Shown: positions 19,870 to 28,544, counted from the stretch's first letter. The stretch: DNA of 64,000 nucleotides from an uncultured Ignavibacteria bacterium (GCA_963745945.1 CAVUZG010000004.1:1526711-1590710), one strand, 5' to 3'. The notes: generated by a model not told the origin, from the letters alone. Numbers and translations are program-made.

Positions 19870-20717
19870 TGAAAAAAAACTTTGATCCTATTATTTATGT
19901 TGAAAATGATGGACTAAAAACTTCGGATGTTGGTATTTGGGCGATGGAAAAATATCAATTGTTGGGCGGTTATTGCGATATATTTACTAAGGGAATGAGA
20001 TCAAAATGGAAAAATTTAGTCTATCTTGATTTATTTTCGTCTGCTGGGTACTCCAGAATTAGAGAAAATGGTAAATTAGTCAAATCATCCCCCCTCATTG
20101 CTTTATCAATACCAACAAAATTTGATAAATATATTTTTTGTGAAGAAGACACTGAACTCTTTTCTGCTTTAACAAAAAGAGTTGAGAAAACTAATAAAAT
20201 ATTGAATGTTGAACTTTTCAATGAGAATTGTAATTTAGCTATTGATAAGATAAAGAATTCTATTCCAGATTATTCTGTGAACAACACTGTTTTATCATTC
20301 TGTTTTTTAGACCCGTATGACTTATCAATAAATTTCTCAACAGTTAAGAACCTTGCAAGTGGTTTAATTGATTTTTTAATTTTACAAGCATTACACATGG
20401 ACGGAAATAGGAATTTTAGGACTTATTTATCAGAGAATAATGAAAAGATCAATAATTATTTAGGAAGAGATGATTGGAGAAAATTATGGGAAAAGTCAAA
20501 ATTATTACCCAAAGATTTTGTAAGATTTTTAGCCGATCAATATGATGATAATATGAAAAAACTTGGATATTTGACAGCAAAGAGACATCTAATTAAACTG
20601 CCATTTAAAAATGTTCCTCTGTATTATTTAACTTTTTATTCAAAACACAAAACCGGCCTTGATTTTTTTGATAAAGTCGATGAATATTCTACACCTCAAC
20701 TTAATTTTGGAATATAG
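19870..20717 (+). CDS. tcmP: three-Cys-motif partner protein (TcmP-like)
   Basis: The ATG at 19870 follows an AAAGGGGA RBS, 14 nt after the upstream stop, so the track ORF start at 19812 is not needed. The sequence (..NLVYLDLFSSAGYS..YIFCEED..FCFLDPYD..) and its position directly upstream of a Gp37/Gp68 three-Cys protein match the TcmP family as I remember it. Confidence 0.7.
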
Positions 20718-20718
20718 T

Positions 20719-21453
20719 ATGGCACAAACAAGAATAGAGTGGACTGAATTAACCTGGAACCCAACTACCGGATGCAATAAAGTATCTCAGGGTTGTAAAT
20801 TCTGTTATGCAGAAGTAATGGCACGAAGACTAAAAGCTATTGGGCTAGAAAAATATCGAAATGGATTTGAATTAAACTTGCACGAAGAGGCACTTAAAAT
20901 ACCTTATTCTTGGAAACAGCCGAAAATTGTATTTGTTAATTCAATGAGTGATTTATTTCATAAAGATATACCATTAGAGTTTATCCAAAGAGTTTTTAAT
21001 GTAATGAATGATAATCCTCAACATGTATTTCAAGTTTTAACAAAACGGGCAGATATACTTTTAAAGTATCATAAGGAACTTGATTGGACGCATAATATTT
21101 GGATGGGCGTTTCTGTTGAAAATGAAAAGTCACTCAGTCGGATTAATCTTCTAAGAAGGACAAATGCCAAGGTAAAATTTCTTTCTTGTGAACCTTTAAT
21201 TGGGCCTCTTTCAAATTTAAACCTTAAAAAAATCGATTGGGTTATTGTTGGTGGTGAAAGTGGAAGAAGACCAAGACCTATGAAACCTGAATGGGTTTAT
21301 GAAATACAGAATAAGTGCCTTGAAACAAATGTTCCATTCTTCTTTAAACAATGGGGAGGAACAAATAAAAAGAAAACGGGAAGGGTTTTAAAAGGCAGAA
21401 CTTATAGTGAGATGCCAATGGTCAAGAATCTTTTAGAAAATTATAATACTTGA
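20719..21453 (+). CDS. phage Gp37/Gp68-family (DUF5131) three-Cys protein
   Basis: The ATG lies 1 nt after the tcmP stop. IEWTELTWNPTTGCNKVSQGCKFCYA has C-x6-C-x2-C. The blocks FVNSMSDLFH, FLSCEPLIGPL, DWVIVGGESG and FFFKQWGG are hallmarks of the family. Confidence 0.8.
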   Translation: MAQTRIEWTELTWNPTTGCNKVSQGCKFCYAEVMARRLKAIGLEKYRNGFELNLHEEALKIPYSWKQPKIVFVNSMSDLFHKDIPLEFIQRVFNVMNDNPQHVFQVLTKRADILLKYHKELDWTHNIWMGVSVENEKSLSRINLLRRTNAKVKFLSCEPLIGPLSNLNLKKIDWVIVGGESGRRPRPMKPEWVYEIQNKCLETNVPFFFKQWGGTNKKKTGRVLKGRTYSEMPMVKNLLENYNT

Positions 21454-21456
21454 CAA

Positions 21457-22191
21457 ATGAAATCCTTCTTCCCAAAACCAAACCTCAAAACAGATGATAT
21501 AATTTCTTATGCAGAATTAGTTGCAGAAGAAAATGCAAACATACAAAAGGGAATGAACTTTCAGATAAAACCTGAATACTCAATATTTTTAATGTCTGTC
21601 CGCAAAAATGCACCTTATGCTGATGAATGGGATGAAAAAGCAAACACACTTATTTATGAAGGACACGATGTACCGAGAAATGTTTCTCAAATTCCTAAAG
21701 AAGTAGACCAACCTTTAACAACTCCAAACGGGACACTAACTGAAAACGGAAAGTTTTTTACAGCGGCTCAATCATATAAAATGAAATTGATGGAACATCC
21801 TCATAAGATAAAAGTTTATGAAAAAATTAAAGATGGTATTTGGTGTTATAAAGGTTTCTTCAGCTTAGTAGATGCAAAAGTTGTTTTTGATGGAGTACGA
21901 AACGTTTTTAAATTTTATCTTCAACCTGTAGAGATGAAATCATTTAAGAAAGAAATTATTTTACCACATAATCGATTAATTCCTACACACGTTAAAGTAG
22001 AAGTTTGGGCAAGAGATAAAGGAAAATGTGTGAAATGCGGTTCAAAAGAAAACTTACATTTTGATCACGATCTTCCCTACTCAAAAGGCGGAACAAGTTT
22101 AACAGCAGATAATGTTAGAATATTATGTATGAAGCATAATTTGAAGAAATCTGATAAGATTTTAACAATCCCACCAATATTCTTCAGTTAA
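21457..22191 (+). CDS. HNH nuclease with SRA/YDG-like N-terminal domain (putative modification-dependent endonuclease)
   Basis: The ATG lies 3 nt after the upstream stop. C-terminal HNH motif CVKCGS..LHFDHDLPYSKGG..NVRILCMKHNLKKSDK. The N-terminal EYSIFLMS..YADEWDE..LIYEGHD..VDQPLT..NGTL mirrors the spacing of SRA domains. The SRA reading is an inference. Confidence 0.7.
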   Translation: MKSFFPKPNLKTDDIISYAELVAEENANIQKGMNFQIKPEYSIFLMSVRKNAPYADEWDEKANTLIYEGHDVPRNVSQIPKEVDQPLTTPNGTLTENGKFFTAAQSYKMKLMEHPHKIKVYEKIKDGIWCYKGFFSLVDAKVVFDGVRNVFKFYLQPVEMKSFKKEIILPHNRLIPTHVKVEVWARDKGKCVKCGSKENLHFDHDLPYSKGGTSLTADNVRILCMKHNLKKSDKILTIPPIFFS

Positions 22192-22197
22192 AGTAAA

Positions 22198-22225
22198 TCA
22201 CACTTCGACCAAGCTCAGTGTGACA
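22198..22225. repeat. hairpin (terminator and/or repeat fragment) closing the four-gene island
   Basis: tcacact-tcgaccaagctc-agtgtga, a 7-bp stem located 7 nt after the stop at 22191 and followed by caaaaagattttt. Confidence 0.5.
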
Positions 22226-22272
22226 AAAAGATTTTTACCATTCTCCCCGGTTTACATTCTGAATATTTTCGG

Positions 22273-22596
22273 CTAAGGTAAATAATCCTCCCTTACCGGA
22301 GAAAAAACTTCAATCACAACCGAGTCCTCGTGTACTTTTACACAATGCTCTACGTTTCCCGGAATATTCCAGCTGTCGCCTGCTTCAGCATCAAATTCTT
22401 TTCCATCAATTATGAAGGTCATTCTTCCTGAAACTGCATAACCCGTCTGTTCATGCGGATGGCTGTGGTTTGGAATTATATATCCCTTTGCAAGATGGAA
22501 TTCACCAAGCGATGTTTTATCACCGTAGGTAAGTGTTTTATACGTAACACCTTCTATAGCCTGCCTGTAATTAGTTAAATCTTTTTTGTAGAACAT
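22273..22596 (-). CDS. cupin-domain protein
   Basis: 107-aa ORF with cupin motifs HSHPHEQTGY and GD.W.IP..V.H. Confidence 0.8.
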   Translation of the reverse strand: MFYKKDLTNYRQAIEGVTYKTLTYGDKTSLGEFHLAKGYIIPNHSHPHEQTGYAVSGRMTFIIDGKEFDAEAGDSWNIPGNVEHCVKVHEDSVVIEVFSPVREDYLP

Positions 22597-22710
22597 TTCT
22601 TAATCCTTTTAATTAACAAATTAATATATACAGAAATGAAAATAAAAGTGCAGGCAGCTTTTCAGCCGGTTTTCTTTTAATAAAACAAATGGAATTTATA
22701 TTGTTTAGTT

Positions 22711-22875
22711 TGTTAAGATTTCTCTCCCGACCAGTCGGGAACTGCCTTACCGGCGGCCAAGTTGAAATGACAAATTTTGGAGAGATCCTGAAATTCAACA
22801 GAATGACACTCCATTAAGATTACTTCCACCAGAGGCGGACAGGCCAGTCGTCCTGCGGACTTCTTCGAAATGACT
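22711..22875. repeat. mosaic cluster of GC-rich hairpin repeats (A- and B-type units)
   Basis: ttaagatttctctcccgaccagtcgggaac..ttaccggcggccaagttgaaatgacaaa matches 28811-28873. cagaatgacactccattaagat matches 28796-28817. ccaccagaggcggacaggcca matches 26400-26420. Confidence 0.85.
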
Positions 22876-23053
22876 AAAAACCTGCTCCGTTAAAAAAATA
22901 ATATCACTTCGTTATCACTTTTCCTTTCTTTTCCTGCGTTTAATAAAAGAGAGATAAATCATTTATAAACAAAGTTGAAAACCAAAAAAGGTAACCTTTG
23001 CTTCCTGTTACCATCCTGGATTGAGCTTTTCAACACTAAAGGAGACAATATTT

Positions 23054-26000
23054 ATGAAAAAGATCGGATTATTCTGTCTGTTTACTTTTACAGTAATTCT
23101 CACGGTCAGCTTTTCCACACCCGCTCAAACTTCCGGGTACAGGGACAGGCTTAACCAGGTAAAAGATCTTGTTAATTCAAATGAATTAATTATGATATGG
23201 AGCCAGGGGGACAATTCGAGTGCTCAGAATTTGCACCAGAGAATTTATGATCTCGATTTAACGCGTCCGGGCGGTGTTGATTCAACACTTGTAAGAAAAC
23301 CGCTGGAGATTGATTCATCCATAACAGGCAATAAAACTCTTGCGGTTGCCTCAGGAAATTTTCTTGACGGGGAATATAAAAATATAGTCGCGGCGTGGGA
23401 ATCGGGAGATAATACAGTGCGGGTTTCTGTTCCTGAAATAAATTCAGGAACTTTATCCTGGACAAACACAAATGAATTAACATTAAACGGGCTTGCGACA
23501 TTTGAAAAAAATAAGATACACGTTGCAGCCGGAAACTTTTTCGGTAATCCCCAGGAGGAATTTGTGGTTGCGTACCAGGGGCAGGATACAACAATACATC
23601 TTCAGTTATGCGGGTTTAACCCGGGGAGTCTTGTTCCGCACCTGCAGGGAAGTATTAACGATGAACAATCTTATAAAGCCAATGTATTCATGAATAATTT
23701 TGATGTTGTTACAGGAGATTTTAACAGCGACGGGTATGATGATATTGCATTGCTGTTTCTTAAACCGGTCGGAGCAAACAACTGGGCTCTGTGGATTACA
23801 ATTTATACTATTGATAATAACGGAAATTTTGTAAGAAGATCTTCCAAGCAGGTATTTGAAGAACCGGCATATACTATAGATGATGTGAGTATAGATGGTA
23901 CTGCCGGATCATTTGACGGCGATGCTGAAGAGGAAATTGCCTACGGGTTCTCATTTTTCCAGAGAGATCAACCCGGAAATGACACTTACGTTTATCTTCT
24001 TGATATAAAGGATAATCTTGATTCAATAATTGTTGATGATTCAAAAAGAGTTGCTGCAAATTTAGTGGGACCGAATGAAATGCCGCTGTTTAATATTGCC
24101 GCTGGAGATCTTAACAGGGATAATCATGATGAACTGGTTCTGATGTCCGGCGGAACATTCTATGTTTATTCAGTTGATAATGATTTAAACGCTCAATACA
24201 AATCGCAGCAAAGTGTACTGACACCGGGGTTAAACTGGGACAGCGATGCTTTTCTTGCTGTAGGAGATATGGATCTTGACCGGAGTGCAGAAATAGTAAT
24301 TGTAAAAAATTACCAGGACTTTGACCCGGGAGGTTTGCAGTATTTTCAAATGAATGTATTTAGCATTGATACAACCCTTACAAACTATACACTGAAAGCA
24401 AGAAGACTGCAGGAAGAATCAATACCCAGAAACTTCAACGAAAGAAAATATGCAATAGCCCTGGGTGATTTTGATGGTGACAGGGTGAGACTGGGTGATC
24501 CTGTACATTACAGCAGAAGCGGTGTAATGCAGCCTGAAGTAGTTCTGAACACTCCCCCGGTTCATTATGATATTATTAACGGAACTACTTATGATTTAAG
24601 CGGGTGTTATCCTGATCAGAATTGCGGCTTTACTTCTTCATATGTACAATCGACAACCAGCGATACTACAATTACTACAGAAGTGCACGAAGACTGGGGA
24701 GGTGATGTTACAGTAACTGCATCCCAGTTTTTACTAAAAGAAAAAGTTAAGGCAACTTACGGTGAGAATTTCAGTAATAAACAATCTTCAGGAACATCAT
24801 ATACCATAACTACCGGCAGAATTGCTGCAGGGGATGACTGGATATACTCGAATGTTTTTGATATAGATTTTTATGAGTATCCTGTTTATAACGGGCAGGA
24901 CCCGACACCAATAGGATATTTTATGGTAACTATTCCGAAAAACCCCCGGCCTTTATGGATAGAGATGAAAGATGATGATTTACTCGGCAACCAATTCAGA
25001 CCTGATCATGAAACGGGTAATGTGCTTTCGTACAGATCAACAGATACTTATGATACTTCCCGTGTTATTGTGGATTTTCCCGAGCAGACAATTGGCGCAA
25101 CCGGGAATAGTTTTGTTTCCCTTCAGATTCAGTCGTTCCAGGAACATAACGTAGAAACAAGCTGGGATGAAGGACTGGAAGTTGGTGCAACTCTCGATCT
25201 TTCAATCAATCTGCTTGGTTTTGATGCCGGTGTTGATGTAGAGGCAAACGGACATTATAATCTTGGTGAAATTTCCACTCAAACTGTCAGGGTTCAGAAT
25301 TCACTGGAGGTAAGAGGCGACCTCGGTCATTTAAATAATCAGTTTGGAACAAGCGGAACTTATTATGTACAGCCTTATGCATACTGGACATCTTATGGGG
25401 CGCTTGATTTGGATTATAAAGTTACTCAATTGCCGGTCGGGGCAAATTCATTCTGGCAAACTCACTACGGTAATAAGACCGATCTTGCTTTTAGTCTGCC
25501 GTGGAGATACGACCCTGAAAAAGGTTATCCCCTGCCGGGTAATGATACAACATACCGCTATCGTTCAAGAGATATAAGATTATCAAAGATTCAGCCGCTT
25601 GGCGGAGATACCGTTACTATTACCGCAAAAGTACGAAACTTCGGGCTGCAGGCTGTCACAACTCCATTCAGTGTAAAATTTTATAAAGGTGATCCGGACA
25701 ATGGCGGGTCTATGATAGCCCAAACTACAGTTGACACCACAATTGCAGCACGCGGTTACAGGAATGTTTCCGTTCAATGGGCAATACCGCTAAGCCAGAA
25801 TTTAGACAGTGTAAGAATTTATGCAGTACTTGACCAGGAAAATGCGGTTACAAATGAAGTTCATGAAAATAATAATAAAGGCTGGGCTCCGGCTGTCGGT
25901 TACGGATCAATAACAGGAATTAAACCCGAACATAACACGGTTCCCGGCAAGTTTACTCTATACCAGAATTACCCGAATCCATTCAATCCCGAATCGACAA

Positions 26001-26209
26001 TTAAATTTGAACTGCCCTCTTCAGGTAAAGCGTCTCTTATAATTTATAATATACTCGGGCAGCAAGTGCAGACTCTTGTAGACGGATTTTTAAATAGGGG
26101 AACTTATGCAGTACAGTTTAACGGGGCAAAACTTGCAAGCGGTGTTTATTTCTATCGCCTGCAAACTAACGGCTTCGCTCAGACAAAGAAAATGATGCTG
26201 ATGAAATAA
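23054..26209 (+). CDS. large secreted FG-GAP-repeat / CARDB-domain protein with T9SS CTD
   Basis: The ATG at 23054 follows an AAAGGAGA RBS (the track ORF starts at TTG 23021). Repeated GDFN.DG.DDI / GDLNRDNHDELV / GDMDLDRSAEIV / GDFDGDR motifs. CARDB-like ITAKVRNFGLQAV..VKFYKGDP. C-terminal NYPNPFNPEST..GVYFYRL..KMMLMK. Confidence 0.75.
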   Translation: MKKIGLFCLFTFTVILTVSFSTPAQTSGYRDRLNQVKDLVNSNELIMIWSQGDNSSAQNLHQRIYDLDLTRPGGVDSTLVRKPLEIDSSITGNKTLAVASGNFLDGEYKNIVAAWESGDNTVRVSVPEINSGTLSWTNTNELTLNGLATFEKNKIHVAAGNFFGNPQEEFVVAYQGQDTTIHLQLCGFNPGSLVPHLQGSINDEQSYKANVFMNNFDVVTGDFNSDGYDDIALLFLKPVGANNWALWITIYTIDNNGNFVRRSSKQVFEEPAYTIDDVSIDGTAGSFDGDAEEEIAYGFSFFQRDQPGNDTYVYLLDIKDNLDSIIVDDSKRVAANLVGPNEMPLFNIAAGDLNRDNHDELVLMSGGTFYVYSVDNDLNAQYKSQQSVLTPGLNWDSDAFLAVGDMDLDRSAEIVIVKNYQDFDPGGLQYFQMNVFSIDTTLTNYTLKARRLQEESIPRNFNERKYAIALGDFDGDRVRLGDPVHYSRSGVMQPEVVLNTPPVHYDIINGTTYDLSGCYPDQNCGFTSSYVQSTTSDTTITTEVHEDWGGDVTVTASQFLLKEKVKATYGENFSNKQSSGTSYTITTGRIAAGDDWIYSNVFDIDFYEYPVYNGQDPTPIGYFMVTIPKNPRPLWIEMKDDDLLGNQFRPDHETGNVLSYRSTDTYDTSRVIVDFPEQTIGATGNSFVSLQIQSFQEHNVETSWDEGLEVGATLDLSINLLGFDAGVDVEANGHYNLGEISTQTVRVQNSLEVRGDLGHLNNQFGTSGTYYVQPYAYWTSYGALDLDYKVTQLPVGANSFWQTHYGNKTDLAFSLPWRYDPEKGYPLPGNDTTYRYRSRDIRLSKIQPLGGDTVTITAKVRNFGLQAVTTPFSVKFYKGDPDNGGSMIAQTTVDTTIAARGYRNVSVQWAIPLSQNLDSVRIYAVLDQENAVTNEVHENNNKGWAPAVGYGSITGIKPEHNTVPGKFTLYQNYPNPFNPESTIKFELPSSGKASLIIYNILGQQVQTLVDGFLNRGTYAVQFNGAKLASGVYFYRLQTNGFAQTKKMMLMK

Positions 26210-26211
26210 AG

Positions 26212-26259
26212 GATGGATGATGTCTGATGGTTGATGGATGATGTCTGATGGTTGATGGA
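26212..26259 (+). repeat. 21-nt tandem direct repeat, 2.3 copies
   Basis: gatggatgatgtctgatggtt occurs twice, perfectly, followed by gatgga. The array starts 3 nt after the stop codon at 26209. Confidence 0.9.
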
Positions 26260-26260
26260 A

Positions 26261-26278
26261 GCAAATTAAAAATTTGCA
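26261..26278 (+). terminator. AT-rich hairpin after the tandem repeat
   Basis: gcaaatt-aaaa-aatttgc perfect 7-bp stem. It is weak because it has no GC and no clear T tract. Confidence 0.3.
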
Positions 26279-26330
26279 AGACCGAAAGATTACAGGATTA
26301 CAAATTTTAAAGTGCTGAAGAGAAGGACAA

Positions 26331-26790
26331 GTCCCGCAGCCCGCTTCGCTAAAGCTCAGCGAGGAAAGGAGCGGGACAGGCTTCGCTATTAAGATTTCTC
26401 CACCAGAGGCGGACAGGCCAATTGTTCTGCTGAAGCAGAACTCACTCTGGTAAAGTCATACCTCTGTCATAGGCAGACAGGTTTGGCAGAAATGACTGTG
26501 AGAGAAAAAATTATCGGGAATAAGAATTGTCATATCGAAGGAGTCCGGAGGACGACTGAGATATCTATCCTGGGAGTTAAGATTTCTCCCTACGCCTGCC
26601 TACCGGCATAGGCAGGGTCAAAATGACTCTGTGTGAGAGATTCTGATATTCATCAGAATGACACTCCTTTAAGATTTCTCTCCCGATCAGTCGGGATCGA
26701 AATGATCCGCCAGAACGGGAAAAGCAAGCCTGCCAGAGAAAGGTAAGTCCCAAATAGCGGCAGACGGGGAGCAACAAACCCTTATTTTTC
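26331..26790. repeat. about 460-nt mosaic array of nested GC-rich palindromic repeat units (BIME/REP-like)
   Basis: Successive hairpins are gtcccgc..gcgggac (an inverted D-type unit), accagag[gttctgc-tgaa-gcagaac]ctctggt, cctgccta-ccggc-ataggcagg, attctgat-attc-atcagaat and tcccga-tcag-tcggga. They are linked by recurring taagatttctc and (t/g)(c)(g/a)aaatgac connectors. Confidence 0.85.
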
Positions 26791-27152
26791 CGGTTATCAA
26801 CTGACAAACCAAAGCAAAGTTTACCAAGTAAAGTGTAATTGTTTCTTAAAAAAGTGTGCCTGATCGCAGCCATAACGTAGTTTATTATTAAATATGAACC
26901 TTATTAATAATAAATAGTGGCATATAATTTGGTTCTGATCATCCGGCGACATATTTTTAAATTAACATTGTGGATTTACTTGTATGGTTTACTGTTCACC
27001 GGTATACGTCCACGCACCAGAAGAATTCTATCAACACACCTGTTTGATTTCCAATAAATATCTATTCCAGGATGGCTGCATAATAACAAATATTATATTA
27101 ACACATTGTAATAATGCAGGACCCATCAAAAAAAAACACATAGGAGAATATT

Positions 27153-28517
27153 ATGAGAAAGTGTTTACTGTTTGTTATGGTTCTGCTTATCAGCTTTTTA
27201 ATTAATACAACATTTGCACAAAACAGTTGGGTAGAGCAATCCAACCCGCTGGGAACCGGCGAGAATGCTATGATAGGCAATGTTCAGTTCGTAAGTCCGA
27301 CTGAAGGATGGATTTCAGGCAGCAACGGCGATCTGCTTCACACAACCAATGCCGGTGCAGATTGGCTGCTTGTAACACCTTTTCCGAACGATACTGTCTG
27401 GTCCTCTTCTGATCCGGCATTGTCTATGTCGTGGGTTAATGCCACTCACGGCTGGAAAATTAATTCTATAGGTACGGCATATGGCATTTCCTATGGTGTT
27501 GTAGTACACAGTACAACCAATGGCGGAAATACCTGGCAGAAGAAAGTACTGTCTACTACAGAAGGTGATTTCGGTTTTGAGATTCAGTTTGCAGATGTAA
27601 ACAATGGCTGGCTTCTTGTTTTTAATTTTACAACACAGACTGCAACTTTTATGAGGACAACTGACGGCGGAAACAACTGGGTTCCATTTGATGGTGCCGG
27701 AATCTTTTTCTATGTGGATGCTAACACAGGCTGGTCATTCTACGGATCAGGTGTAAATGGTGCAGACCCTCCGTATAAAATATTGCGCACTACAAACGGA
27801 GGAACAAACTGGACGGAACAATATTCAGATAATGCAGCCGGCGGCTATAACGCAATGTATTTTTCCGATCTGCAGCACGGATGGATTGTAGGAGATAGTG
27901 CTAAGGTTATGAAAACAACTGACGGAGGTACTACCTGGAATTTTATTACAAACAGCGGTATAAGTACGGATTACAGAAGTAAATCAGTCTTCTTTCTTGA
28001 TGCAAACAATGGGTGGATCTCCTCCAAAGACGGTGCCGGTTACGGAACTGTTCAGCACACTACAAATGGCGGGACAACGTGGTCAACCCAGGTAACCCCT
28101 CTCCAGAATACACAAGGCGGCAATTCAATTTTTAGTATTTATTTTGTTGATGCTCAGCATGGCTGGCTCACCGCTGATTACGGATATATTTGCGGTTATA
28201 CAGGGACAACTGCCATTGAAAGTGATAACGGGAGAGTAAATTCTTTTGCACTTTCACAGAATTATCCGAATCCTTTTAACCCGTCAACCAGGATTCAGTA
28301 TTCAATAGACAGTAAGCAATTCATAACCCTGAAGGTTTATAATGTTCTGGGAAATGAAGTTGCAACACTAGTTAATGAAGAAAAGCCCGCAGGTAATTAC
28401 TCCGCTGTATTCAATAGTAATACCTACGCAGGTCAGAGTCTTACAAGCGGTGTATATTTCTATAGGCTTACAGGCGGAATCTTTACGGAAACCAGGAAAA
28501 TGATCTTGATAAAATGA
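27153..28517 (+). CDS. BNR/Asp-box beta-propeller (Ycf48/sialidase-like) protein with T9SS CTD
   Basis: Repeated T.DGG.TW / TTNGG.NW Asp-box motifs and a signal peptide. C-terminal NYPNPFNPST..LVNEEKPAGNYS..GVYFYRL..KMILIK. Confidence 0.8.
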   Translation: MRKCLLFVMVLLISFLINTTFAQNSWVEQSNPLGTGENAMIGNVQFVSPTEGWISGSNGDLLHTTNAGADWLLVTPFPNDTVWSSSDPALSMSWVNATHGWKINSIGTAYGISYGVVVHSTTNGGNTWQKKVLSTTEGDFGFEIQFADVNNGWLLVFNFTTQTATFMRTTDGGNNWVPFDGAGIFFYVDANTGWSFYGSGVNGADPPYKILRTTNGGTNWTEQYSDNAAGGYNAMYFSDLQHGWIVGDSAKVMKTTDGGTTWNFITNSGISTDYRSKSVFFLDANNGWISSKDGAGYGTVQHTTNGGTTWSTQVTPLQNTQGGNSIFSIYFVDAQHGWLTADYGYICGYTGTTAIESDNGRVNSFALSQNYPNPFNPSTRIQYSIDSKQFITLKVYNVLGNEVATLVNEEKPAGNYSAVFNSNTYAGQSLTSGVYFYRLTGGIFTETRKMILIK

Positions 28518-28544
28518 TGAAGTAAAAATTATTTATTCAATAAA

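Noticed and set aside
22613-22798. 61-aa ORF (and similarly 26577..26873, 98 aa) lying over the repeat clusters
   Set aside because: The reading frames consist almost entirely of translated hairpin repeat units. For example, the same PTGRERNL string arises wherever the A-type unit is read. There is no RBS or family signature, so these ORFs are judged spurious.
26331-26790. Possible CRISPR array, given the many short repeats in a long intergenic region
   Set aside because: The repeated units are not identical direct repeats at a fixed period. They are different palindromes joined by short connectors. There are no unique spacers of uniform length and no cas genes in the window. A BIME/REP-like mosaic fits better.
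26984-27280. Short ORFs 26984..27205 (+) and 27098..27280 (-) upstream of or overlapping the BNR-propeller gene start
   Set aside because: They are AT-rich, show no motifs, and overlap the well-supported start (RBS ATAGGAGA plus the ATG at 27153) of the 454-aa gene. This is most likely promoter or leader sequence.
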